From Lophium mytilinum (Eukaryota): 20,000 nt of DNA. Each line of letters opens with the position of its first letter. Position 1 is the first letter of the stretch. The translations under genes and the position numbers were made by a program. Positions 1 through 9,830 of the stretch are shown here, piece after piece. Where the stretch lies: positions 568,213 through 588,212 of the forward strand of contig MU004203.1 in the NCBI GenBank assembly GCA_010093605.1, read 5' to 3'. The notes beneath the pieces were generated by a model. The model was not told the origin of the DNA. It was given only the letters and a program-made list of their open reading frames with translations, and searched no databases.

Positions 1-61
1 TGTACCAAGTAAGAGTAACCAAAAGCATCAGCTACCGGTCTGCCTGGCCATCGCGCTAGGT

Positions 62-580
62 TTAAGAAATGGACTGTCTATGCTCCCTATACGAAGGCGG
101 ACGCTCCTGCTCTCTGCTCCCCTCTTCTCCCGCCTCGGCTTCTGAAGGATCTTGCTCCATCACAAGCATCTCCTCCAATGGCCGCGGAGCCTGCGGTACC
201 GCAGCTAGTTCTTCCATCCTAACAGGTGAGGGAATCCCATTCCCTCCCTCGGTTTGCTCGCGCTGTCTTCTCTGCGCTCTAACCCTCCCCTGTCGCTTTA
301 CGTGTCGTACCCACACAGAGATCCCAAAGCCGCATGACACACAAGCAACAACAAGCAATACCGCGCTGGGGGCCGCGAGGGCAGCAGAAAGTAATACGAC
401 GTGTCCGGCTGCCCACGACGACTTCTGGGCCGAGATTGGAGGCGGAGGTAAAAGGGGAGGTTTGGATGCCATTGGTGGTGGGAACGAGAGGACGGGTGGT
501 GGTGAGCTCTCGGGTGGTGGAGGATAGTATTCAGGGTTGTCCGACTCCGGAGGATAGTCGCGGGCAATTCCAATGTCCAT
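62..580 (-). CDS. Small single-pass membrane protein (172 aa): Pro-rich N-terminus, TM helix, basic cluster, acidic tail ending in PPSY
   Basis: Lies within ORF 62..895. ATG at 580 has A at -3 (actATG). Hydrophobic stretch VVLLSAALAAPSAVLLVVACVSCGFGISVWV is followed by RHVKRQGRVRAQRRQR. C-terminus is ERPPSYREHRQSIS. Confidence 0.7.
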   Translation of the reverse strand: MDIGIARDYPPESDNPEYYPPPPESSPPPVLSFPPPMASKPPLLPPPPISAQKSSWAAGHVVLLSAALAAPSAVLLVVACVSCGFGISVWVRHVKRQGRVRAQRRQREQTEGGNGIPSPVRMEELAAVPQAPRPLEEMLVMEQDPSEAEAGEEGSREQERPPSYREHRQSIS

Positions 581-1135
581 AGTAGTGTCTGGGAATAGTT
601 TGACAGTGGCACGTTTCGAATCTAGTAGCTCGGTGTTGGAGATGGCTGGAGTGTGGAGGGATATGTGATGATGGATTGTGGCAGAGAGGAGAAGAGGGCG
701 GCAAGGTAGGCGTTTAAAAAATAAAAAGGGAGGGATGGCAGTGTGCGAGGCGTTGGTGCCTTGGTTGCGAAGATGGCCATGGGTTTCGAGAGCGTATGGG
801 GAAGAGGTTGGCCCATGTTTCGCTCGAATGAAGGACCAAGGCGTCCATATCGAGCAACCAAGGTGCAGTTGACCTATCAAAGGCAGGTATATCAATTTCT
901 AAGGCTACATTCCCAATTCCATATCTTCTACCCCCCATTATTTCGTTCTGGTCGTCGTTTTCTCTTCTTTTCCCACAAAGTCTACGTCTACTATTGACAG
1001 CGTTCTTTCTAGAGATTGACGCTTCCCACTCGGCGATCCAAAATATTGTTGTTGGTGCGGCAAATTATTAGAGCCTTATTGTACTTAGCGATCTAGTCAC
1101 GGAAATGTTGCTTGGGAGCGCTCAAAGCACTTGTC

Positions 1136-1459
1136 TTAGAGCGGATAAGTCGGCAAACACCTCTCCACCTCTTTCTCCTTCCTCCTCATCAAGCACTTTA
1201 GCGGAATGGTCGGAAATCCGGACTGGTGCTCATACCCCTTAGCCCTTTCCTCGTCTTTCACGCGCTTGTGAATTTTCCGGCGGCGGACACAGAAGAAGAC
1301 AGCGACAGTAGCGCCGATGATGGCGATAAGGATGCTAATTAAGAGTAAAATCATCCCGGGATTGACTAGGAAGAGGAACCTGTTGTCGGCGAGTGTCTTT
1401 TCATGGCGAACAGGTAGTTCGGGCTCGTGTAGGACGGGGAGGAAGTCTGTCCGGGCCAT
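1136..1459 (-). CDS. Small single-pass membrane protein (107 aa) with C-terminal LPTY motif
   Basis: Start context gccaaaATG. TM MILLLISILIAIIGATVAVFFCV is followed by RRRKIHKRVK. Ends CLPTYPL. Confidence 0.75.
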   Translation of the reverse strand: MARTDFLPVLHEPELPVRHEKTLADNRFLFLVNPGMILLLISILIAIIGATVAVFFCVRRRKIHKRVKDEERAKGYEHQSGFPTIPLKCLMRRKEKEVERCLPTYPL

Positions 1460-1597
1460 TTTGGCTTTCAGTGTGGGTAAGTGGTCGATTTGAGGCTGAG
1501 AGAGTCTTTGTGAGAGGATTGCACTTTTAACTGCGACTTTGCTGCTGGAGAAGTTTGAGAAATGTGTGTGTTCCAGTCTGCAGAGGGCAGCGATTCA

Positions 1598-1609
1598 AGA
1601 TATATAAAC
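1598..1609. promoter_or_regulatory. Possible TATA element upstream of the 1136..1459 gene
   Basis: gatatataaac lies about 140 bp upstream of the ATG at 1459, followed on the minus strand by a C/T/A-rich leader. Positional inference only. Confidence 0.3.
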
Positions 1610-2106
1610 TATCTGCGGCATCATAGCCCAACTTGGGGCTGGTATCATGATTTTCATCATGATTCGTGGCGGCTCTGAGCCTTTGGTCACCACGTATACA
1701 GAGTAGCAGAACCGTGGTTGAGTATCGTGTATTCGCTTAAAAAGCGCACATAACGGAATGGCAATGAGAAATTCAATTAAAATAGAGTAGTGAGTAGTTT
1801 CGAGGCTTTTTCGATTTTGGGTTCGATTCGACAAATCCATATTCCCTCATCGCTCCTGTTTTCTTGCTTTCTCGAAAATCAACCTAAGCTAGCGTACGTA
1901 CATCAATCATATCCAAGCAACACCTCACCCTTTTCCATTTGGTAGGCAGCGAGGACAATGTTCCGGCGTAGATTCCAACACAGAGGCGTTTAGCCATGAT
2001 TCAGCAGGTGGAAGCTTTGCGTTAATACGTGATTCGCCGGCTGGAAACGTTAGCGATGAGTTCACAGCTCAGCCGTACTTGGGATGTTTACGCTTATTTG
2101 ATGGTA

Positions 2107-2397
2107 TTATGGCTTGTATGCCGCTGGCGGAGGCGCTGCTGATCCAGCGCCCTGCAGCCCGATGGTGTTGGTTCCTTTGTCGGCTTCCTGGGTCTCTTCG
2201 TGGGCTTCTTCGATGCCTTCGGGCACTCGCTCTTCATCCTGCGTATTCTGGGAACGTACGTTTCGTAAACGACGACGAGAGCGGCTTATCGCGGTGCGGA
2301 TGACGAAGATCAAGCTGCCGGTGAGGAAAAAACCGAAAATGACAGAGAGAGCGACCCCGGCGCTTTTGAGGTCGTCGATTGCGCCGCTGAGCGTCAT
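2107..2397 (-). CDS. Small single-pass membrane protein (96 aa) with C-terminal PPPAAY
   Basis: First ATG of ORF 2107..2550 is at 2397 (accaatATG). TM AGVALSVIFGFFLTGSLIFVI is followed by RTAISRSRRRLR, an acidic linker and APPPAAYKP. Confidence 0.7.
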   Translation of the reverse strand: MTLSGAIDDLKSAGVALSVIFGFFLTGSLIFVIRTAISRSRRRLRNVRSQNTQDEERVPEGIEEAHEETQEADKGTNTIGLQGAGSAAPPPAAYKP

Positions 2398-2985
2398 ATT
2401 GGTATTCTGGAGGTGGTGATAGGTTGTGAGAGGTAGTCGAAAGCGTTGTAGTAAGTTTGAGCGAGGTAAGAAGGGAAGAGCGTTGAGGTAATTGAATATG
2501 ATGGAGACGTGGAAGGTAAGATGTGTGGCAGATATAGAGGAAGCAGACACACTTTGAACAGCTTATGATTCTCTGACCGACGTATGCTCTAGTCGATGAA
2601 ACATGGTACAGCAGCCGTACCGGATGCCACCATCCAGGTTAGCTCAGCGAACGGGCTGGGAACGTGATTCACTTCCGAATCATCATAACCAGATTCGCGT
2701 CTTCCCATACTTCATGCCCGAGCCACACTTTCACGCCACACTGAAGCATCTCAAGCAATGGCAGGAAAGCGGCAAAGTTTAACAGAGTGCGCTACAAACT
2801 CGACTCTTCCTCAATGTCTTCTTGTCATGTAGCTCATTCGCGGAGAGGTGCCCGTGCCGTCCAAATCCAGGCTTCAAATCCGCTGATGATCCTGTCTTCT
2901 TTCCAACACTCTTGCTTCTCCAGCGCGTCCTCAAGCTCTTCATTGTACTGCTATCCAGCTACAGTGTAAGTTGCCTGAGGTCGTG

Positions 2986-3387
2986 CTAAAGTGGCGCTAG
3001 AAACCACTCGACCATCCAGCAAAACCACTCCCATATCGTACCCGGCAGATCTGCAATGCCCATGAACAGGATGAATCCAAGTAGTTGGCGTCTCAGAGCC
3101 GGCAAGCGATGCGTATTATCCAGGATGAATGCTCGTGTGTAGAGTTGGATATCGTTCCCCTGAATGATGGCCCATGCTAAGGCGCCGGTAAATATATACA
3201 CTTGATACACTCTATCCCAGGTTATCCAATTAAAGGAAAAGAACTCGCCAAACATGTCGCAGACTGTTTCGACTCGTAAAGGCAGCGTGACGGAGAGAGA
3301 CACCTCGAGGGGGGGGTTTTGGTCGAGACGTCGGATGAGGCGTCGAATGAAGTTGGGTAGCGTGTATGCGAGAGTAACGGTAGTCAT
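2986..3387 (-). CDS. Hypothetical Trp/Phe-rich membrane protein (133 aa), possibly 3'-truncated
   Basis: ATG at 3387 (tcaagaATG) within ORF 2986..3660. Hydrophobic segments VYQVYIFTGALAWAII and LLGFILFMGIADLPGTIWEWFCWMVEWFLAPL. Confidence 0.5.
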   Translation of the reverse strand: MTTVTLAYTLPNFIRRLIRRLDQNPPLEVSLSVTLPLRVETVCDMFGEFFSFNWITWDRVYQVYIFTGALAWAIIQGNDIQLYTRAFILDNTHRLPALRRQLLGFILFMGIADLPGTIWEWFCWMVEWFLAPL

Positions 3388-4441
3388 TCTTGATCTGCTA
3401 TGAATAGCTGGGGAGTGGCTTGAAAATACTCGAATGGACAAAATGTGTGTATGAGATGGGACCGGCTTGATATCGATGGTCGGCCGGACAAAACGGATGA
3501 CTGAGTGAGATGTAGAGATGTTTGGATGGGGACCATGAAATGGATTGAGAAGAAGGTACCGTATACCTAGGGACACGCGTGGAAAGCAATCGCACCTGAG
3601 TACTGTACAGCGCCAGGAAAGTGCGGTGTGCGCTTTCTTGCGACTGCCATAGATGGGCACCTCAACCCATTCTGGGAGGCCCCCAGTTCGTTATCCATAA
3701 TCGCCGGTAAAGCTCCCGAGTCACTTTAAGCAACCGGATGGGAGACTTTACCCATCTGGGCCAGTGATGTCTGCCAAACGTAACTTTGTCGCGAAAAGGC
3801 CGAGATAGACATCTCCCTGCGACTACCGCCGTTGCCTCAGCATGATTTTAGTGAAGCGAAAGGGGTATAGGTGCATAGCTATGAAAGCTCTTTGGGTTTG
3901 CTCAGCTGTCTCAAACAATGTCGTTTGAAAAGTGAACCGATTTGCACTTCAGTTCCGTATGCCCGTGGCACATCTTGAGGCGTAGGACTCTTTTTAGGTT
4001 TATTCTAACCAGTTTAGGGCATCAGTTCAGGTACACCTTCTTCCCACCGTCTAGACTACTTCAGCCCTCTCTCAAATATACGATCGAGAAGGGGAGCTCA
4101 TCACTCTTTAGGTCTGGTATGCTCTAGAACCCTCCAGGGACATAGTTGCTCGTTTGATTTGAGATAATTTTCACGAACATCGAAGTCCGGAACACCGCAA
4201 GGTCTAGGAAGTATACATATCGGTATTGTATCCATATTACTTACCGGTAATGCACCTCTGTACCCATGGGTCACTGACAATAGTGTCGCCACGAACCAGA
4301 CTTTACGAAACTTATCTGAGTCATCCAAATATAGATACCTTGTAAAACGCACCTGTTTCTCCCATCACGACATCTGCCATCTCTGAAATCCATAACTGTC
4401 CACACACAACAGCCCAAACGAGATACCCCCAAAAGCCCAAA

Positions 4442-4714
4442 ATGCCAGCAGCCCCGGAAGGTTTCGGCGAGCCTCGAACTGAAACCGAACGCCAACATCA
4501 AGAAGAACGCATACGCCGAGCAGAACACCTCCACCAAGCTCAACTCCAAGAACAGGGGCGGTACGTGCCAATCCTATGTGCAAAATTACTCGCACTCGCC
4601 TTTCTTGTAGGCGGTTTTTGCGGACTCGTCGAAGGGTTTGTCGCCTACTTGTTTGGCAGCAACGACAACACTCGTATACCAGCAACAATGTGGAAATCGA
4701 AAGAGACGTGGTAG
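4442..4714 (+). CDS. Small membrane protein (90 aa): charged Q/E/R helix followed by a TM segment
   Basis: Start context cccaaaATG, preceded by a C/A-rich leader. TETERQHQEERIRRAEHLHQAQLQEQ is followed by ILCAKLLALAFLVGGFCGLVEGFVAYLFG. Confidence 0.55.
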   Translation: MPAAPEGFGEPRTETERQHQEERIRRAEHLHQAQLQEQGRYVPILCAKLLALAFLVGGFCGLVEGFVAYLFGSNDNTRIPATMWKSKETW

Positions 4715-5297
4715 GTTGGACGAGCTCAGAAGGAGATAGGCTGCGAAGCCTCGATTGCTATATCTCGGGGCTAGATTGCGGGTCATATGGTAGCAAGGCT
4801 ATTGGAAGAAGACGTACCAAAAACCGGGCGAGATTGGAAGTCACCAAAGTCATTCACTATGATTTGCATTTCAATTTATCGTTGGCTTACGGAGCTGCTG
4901 TAAAATAGCCACGTGAATGTACAGATCTGAACTTCAAACAGCGCCGCGAAAGTGGAGAAGCGATGTGAATAATGATGTTGATTGCGTATAGTAAAGGATG
5001 ATCACGCACTCCTCGATCGCAGCTACAGCATAGGCGAGGACACAAGGGACGGTGGTATGAGTATGGCGCCGTCTCGCTACCGCGTGTCTGGATCTCGATG
5101 GGGGTATACAGCTTGACGATCTTCGGGTCTGCTGCGCATTATGAAGCGAACATGCGGAGTCTTGGGGTTTGTTCAGAGGTTCTTGACGACGATAGACTCA
5201 AAAACTTCATGCCGATTAATATGACAGACGAAGGTAGTATTACACGTTCGAATGTTCATTCCCAACATATCCGTCCTCTCTCTTACGAAGCAGACGG

Positions 5298-6254
5298 CTA
5301 CGCTCCAGCAACCGGCGTAAGCTTCACGTTATCAATCCAGGTATCCTTCTGGTTTCCCACGTCCTGTGCAAAGCTAATCGTAAATCTCACAATCCCCGTC
5401 GAGTACTGCGCGCCCGCCGGCACCGCAAAATCGCTCCCCGTAAACGTTACCATCATATCTGAAGTCCACCCTGTCACTGGAACTGCCGCGACTTGTACCG
5501 CTGCATTAGGTCCAGCGCCCAGGAAAGCTTTGACGCTGGACTGCCCACTGTAGAGATTGCGCCGCGCGGTAAAAGACAGCCGGTACATTGTCCCCGGGCA
5601 CAATATCAAAGACTGCACGAAGGTCTGATCTAAGTTGGGGTTCGTGTTGTCGATGCGCCCCCGGATCACCCATGCTTTGTCGCTGCCTTTGTAGCTGCTA
5701 CCAAGGTATGCGCGCTCGACGTAGCCGTCGGTGCCGCCGGGGAGAGGCATCCAGGGGGCCATGCCGCTTTCGAAGGAGCCATTGACAATGGGGTCGGTGG
5801 TTGTTGGGCAGGCGGCGGTCGTCGTAGTTACAGAGCTAACGGTGAGGGTGGACGTGGCTGTGGTAGGGGAGCACGCGGGCAGATCGGTGCTGGAAGAGGT
5901 TGATTCGGGCACGAGGACAGCGTCGCAGGTCCCTTCCTCAGCGAAGGGCACACCCATGCTTTTCTTGAGGTAGCACACTTGACCTCCGGTGTAGGCGAGA
6001 TTGACACAGGCTGGGTCGGCTGCGCATGCTGCAACGCACTCGGTGAAGCTGAGGTCCCAGATGGGGCCACCGAGGTTGTTGGTGGATTTGACGACGTCGG
6101 TGGAGATAAGGAATTTCTTCCCTTCGGTCATGTAGGTAGAGCCATCTGCATAGCCATGGCAACTAGAAGAATCGCGTCTGGAGAGAGGCCCAAGTGCAAA
6201 TGCGCTGGAGAAAGAGAGGAAGATCGCTGTAGCGAACGTGAATTTGGATAACAT
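5298..6254 (-). CDS. Secreted protein (318 aa): signal peptide, PAN/apple-like domain, Ser/Thr linker, CBM4/9-like (galactose-binding-like) domain
   Basis: Signal peptide MLSKFTFATAIFLSFSSAFA and a dibasic SRRD site. Apple-type Cys pattern SFTECVAACAADPACVNLAY..CYLK. Thr-rich linker. IVNGSFESG..PW and terminal WIDNVKLTP are typical ends of CBM4/9-like jelly-roll domains. Confidence 0.85.
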   Translation of the reverse strand: MLSKFTFATAIFLSFSSAFALGPLSRRDSSSCHGYADGSTYMTEGKKFLISTDVVKSTNNLGGPIWDLSFTECVAACAADPACVNLAYTGGQVCYLKKSMGVPFAEEGTCDAVLVPESTSSSTDLPACSPTTATSTLTVSSVTTTTAACPTTTDPIVNGSFESGMAPWMPLPGGTDGYVERAYLGSSYKGSDKAWVIRGRIDNTNPNLDQTFVQSLILCPGTMYRLSFTARRNLYSGQSSVKAFLGAGPNAAVQVAAVPVTGWTSDMMVTFTGSDFAVPAGAQYSTGIVRFTISFAQDVGNQKDTWIDNVKLTPVAGA

Positions 6255-6348
6255 AATGGGGGATGAGTGAGAGACTGAAGTTGGATGCCGCAGAAATGAA
6301 AGCGAGTAGAAAATCTAGGGATCAAAAAGGTTGAAGACGAGATTGCCT

Positions 6349-7400
6349 TTATGGTGTTCTTCTCAGCGCGTCAATCTCCTCGCCAAGAAGATCTCGAAGG
6401 CGCTGTTCAAGAACTATCGATACACCTTTGTGGCCTCGACTATCATCGTGGGTATCGACCCACCCTCGCGTAGAAGGTATTGCTGTTTTGTTCATACTAT
6501 CAGCCAGCCTTGTCGACGCCGCCGTGTTTCTGACCGCAGCCACCTTTTATGCCAAGCCGAAGAGGTCGAAGGAAGCATTTCAGGGGTAGAACTATGTAGG
6601 GATCTTCACCGTCCGACGAAGACTTCCTAAGTAAATCATCTACAAGCTTCTTGCCTCGCACACACAGTCCCCTTTCAATACTCGACTTTACGTCGAAGGG
6701 AGTGGCTGTACGGTGAAATGGCGATGAAGTTGGTGGCAGGGAGAGAAGAAGTCGGAGTCTCCGAGCGCGCCAAGTATGTGGCGCTGAGCTAGAAGAGTCC
6801 CGCGGTCTTAGCTTAGGTAAGACTAATGAAGTGGCGCTATGGTAATTGTGGCCATGCACTAAATACAGCCTTGAATTCTCTAAGGGGAAGAGGCTACGTA
6901 CACATGTAGGTCTAGAGAAGTCTTTAGTTGTAGTAGTAGCCCTAATAGTGTGACTATGCCTAAGTGAGCGTGTCCGCAGTTTCACCCAATCCTATTCATC
7001 ATCCAATCATATTGTTCAAAGCTTCCCGCCTCGGTTTCATCTCACCGGTCGCTGTAAACCAGACACCATAGAAAGACAATAAAGGGAGTTTGACAGTGAG
7101 TATTCCAACACAGTGAGTTTCACCATCGTTTTCGTACCAACTCTTGACTCGCTCCTCGATCGGCTGAGAGCTGGGACGAAGCTAACCAAGTACTTTCGAT
7201 ACCCGTGCGAATATCTGCGGGATCATTAGCGCAGAAGTTTTTCTCGTTGAAGAGATTAATAGCATGTTTCGAGCTGGAGGTAAGTCCGGGATCGCTGGAG
7301 TATTTCTTTGACTCTCCATTATTGGGCTCGTCCAGTACGCTCAGCCGCACTACTCTTGTTGTTTAGCGTACATGAACGAGATCCTTAGCTGCACGGTTGC
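6349..7400 (-). pseudogene. Possible degraded gene remnant with a RIP-like patch
   Basis: Coding-like fragments in several frames (KGVSIVLEQRLRDLLGEEIDALRR; KLVDDLLRKSSSDGEDPYIVLPL; IEERVKSWYEND). TpA-rich patch at about 6800-6960, with one frame carrying many TAG/TAA stops. No family recognised. Confidence 0.3.
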
Positions 7401-7600
7401 TAGAGCTTGAAAGCACATAGTGCATTCCTCAAGCTAACTAAAGTCATATCCTCGAGTCTCGCCTTTTTACAAGTGCAAAGTCTTCGTCGTTCCTGATCAG
7501 ATATCATCTCGCAGCTAGAGGAAATTGCGCTCCCAATAAGCGATGACGTGTCCTTCATGACTGATTTCCTTCGCGACCTATACCCAGGAGGAACCAGTGT

Positions 7601-8798
7601 TTATCCAGCCACAGAGGACGGTCGTCTCTTGTTTTTCACGGCAAGCATGCCCTCTCGTACATACGACACCGCTATGGCTGTTGCAGCAGGTCCGACACAA
7701 AGTACCCCCATTGTCATCATCGTGGCAGCACTTGCCAGCGATATATCCATTCTACCAACCCGCTTCAGATCCCAGAGAGTTAAGAAGGAACCTGCGACCA
7801 TGGCGGTGAAGATGATTTGGAAATCGACCTGGAAGATGTAATGCAGGGCTTCAGACATTGCTATCTCGTTGCCTAGCGGGACACGCCACAACGCATGTTT
7901 GAGACTCATTTGTGGGCTTGACGATAATAGGCAAATCGTCACCACAGCAATGTGGGTACTAGCTGTGATGGCGAAGCAGGTGATGTAGATGAGGTCGAGG
8001 TATTTGAGCGTGCCGGGAGACTGAGAAGCTGTGGCCTTAGGAGTGGCGGGCTCCTTCCCCATAGTAGTAGAGATGAAAAAGAGGAGAACATTGACAATAA
8101 TCGGGCTGACCTGCCAAAGAGCGATGGTGCCTTGGGTGATGTTCAAGCCTGGATCTGGAAACGGTAGATACATAAAGAAAGTTGGGAGTATGTAGCCAAT
8201 GATGAGCGATGGGAGGAGCGCCTTTGCGTAGGAAGTGGGTATCCTTTGCGATATAGGTGACCAATAGTCTAGCTGAGACGATTCTCGTATGTAAAACAGA
8301 TAGTAAAGCGGTATGATGATTGCCCCTCCTATAGTCTGGTAGAGCAACGGCCAGACGGAGGTGCTGTGAGAACGTGTCAGCAATACCCGGAAGAGTAGAA
8401 ACAATGGCAAAGACGTACAAACTGGTCACAGCTCGAGAATTGCCTACCCTCCCAGCCTCCACCGCCCAAATTGCAACGAGAGCCAAGCACGATACGATGA
8501 AGTAGATTTGCTGGATCTGGCAGCCTAAGTCCCACCCTGCTGCTCCTGGCAGGAATGCGGCTACTAGGAAACGCAGTCCAACATCGAGAGGCTCTATGCC
8601 AGTATAATGCTCTCGAAGGCGATGTTTGTTTGGAAAAGTGAGCGAGTGAACGACATCTTGAAAGGGTAGCTCCGCGAGAGCGGCCGCTGCGTCGCTCAGA
8701 TGCATCAGCTTCACGGCTAGGGCAGATAGCGAGACAAAGAAAAGTGCGGCTGTGTAGCCAGACCAGCCGCGGATATTGGATGTCGTCGCCGTTGGCAT
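7601..8798 (-). CDS. Two-exon multi-pass membrane protein (380 aa), CtvD/AurD-like (putative membrane epoxide hydrolase/cyclase family)
   Basis: Exon 1 is 8798-8419 (aagatcATG), intron 8418-8364, exon 2 8363-7601. Splicing joins ORFs 8037..8843 and 7601..8410 in frame (..AVTSFTSVWPLLYQ..). Motifs HYTGIEPLDxxLxFLV, AIWAVEAGRVGN, YQTIGGAIIIPLY, ALLPSLIIGYILPT and ALWQVSP match my recollection of CtvD/AurD-type proteins and of the C-terminal membrane domain of some fungal FAD monooxygenases. Confidence 0.8.
8364..8418 (-). other. Spliceosomal intron (55 nt)
   Basis: Canonical donor GTACGT, branch site GCTGAC and acceptor CAG. Removal restores the reading frame. Confidence 0.9.
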
Positions 8799-9208
8799 GA
8801 TCTTTGTAGAATTGTAAGAAACGTGGGATATTTCGATGGCCACTGGGATATCGGGATGAGCTCCACTCTTTCTTTGTAATCTGTATAGTCAGTGGAAAAG
8901 ACGGCCTCTATCTTGATGCAGAAAGGGTTTGCAGCAAGAAGGCGAGCTTGAATAGACGAGATGAACGTGGTAGGTAAGGCTTGGTATTTGAAGGCGTGGG
9001 GCAAAGACTAAATGAAGCCGGGTAGACATATGCGAAAGCGAGTGCGAGAAACTATGACCTATCTGCCTAGCGCTGCCCCTATTCCCACCCATGTTGAAAG
9101 CTGACCGGTCGCTTCCTCTCCAGGCTCTAACAATACTTGCACTTTCGACCAAAAAACCATCGCAGAACGCAGGCGGCCTTGATTTTACGCTTTTCATGTC
9201 TTTTACTC

Positions 9209-9830
9209 ATGTACATCGCCAGCACATGGGGAAGTCACGTGTACGGTCGACATCCGGTCGCGAAGAAACATCTCTAGAAGGGTGAAGAAGGATACTAGGA
9301 AGTGTTTCTTCCAACGCAACATCATGCTGGCGAGTATTTGCTACTGAAAAGATCCTTATCGTTGAAGGGGTGGAACGACGGAGGTCTTCCGAATCTGCTC
9401 ATCAACGTGCCTTAGGCTGAAGCTACCTTGACAAGTCTTACTTTGGAAAGACTAGAGCAGATTGGAGACGTTTCTAGTGATCCTGTGGGGGATTTCATCA
9501 CGACGGATGCTTTCCCGGGTGGCTCGCGTGCTCTGCCGCCCTCTTACATGTAAGGAAACGTCTATCAACCACGCAACTGACACAAATCCTCTCCTCTCTG
9601 CGCACTACAGCACTAAGCCGTAAATCTGGGGACATGGACTCCCTAGACTTTGGCCCAAACTTGCTCACTCGACACTATTGGGGGTGGCCTGGCTGCTGAG
9701 CAGCAAATTTGGCAAGAGGCAGTCCAATCTGCACTGCTTAAATCTCCACATCACCCTCAGATCTTCGAAATTATATGGGGAACCTCAAACAATTTCAACC
9801 TAGCGTGTGCCCAAACCTACAGCCTGTAGC
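9209..9830 (+). pseudogene. Probable spliced gene remnant
   Basis: Frame from ATG 9209 is interrupted only by three TAG codons before a canonical-looking 61-nt intron at 9550-9610 (GTAAGG...ACTGAC...pyrimidine tract...CTACAG). Downstream coding-like fragment GGLAAEQQIWQEAVQSALLKSPHHPQIFEIIWG is in another frame. Confidence 0.35.

Noticed and set aside
581..895. N-terminal extension of ORF 62..895 (likewise the extensions of 2107..2550, 2986..3660 and 8037..8843)
   Set aside because: These rely on non-ATG starts and read like UTR or promoter sequence. Downstream ATGs with A at -3 fit better.
5098..6251. Plus-strand ORFs overlapping the secreted protein gene (also those antisense to the genes at 62-580, 2107-2397, 7601-8798 and 10279-11793)
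   Set aside because: They are antisense shadows of real coding sequence with no domain features.
8800..9200. Possible remnant of an N-terminal FAD monooxygenase fused to the CtvD-like domain (ERVELIPISQWP)
   Set aside because: No GxGxxG, DG or GD motifs were found in the ORFs covering this stretch, and the resemblance is too weak.
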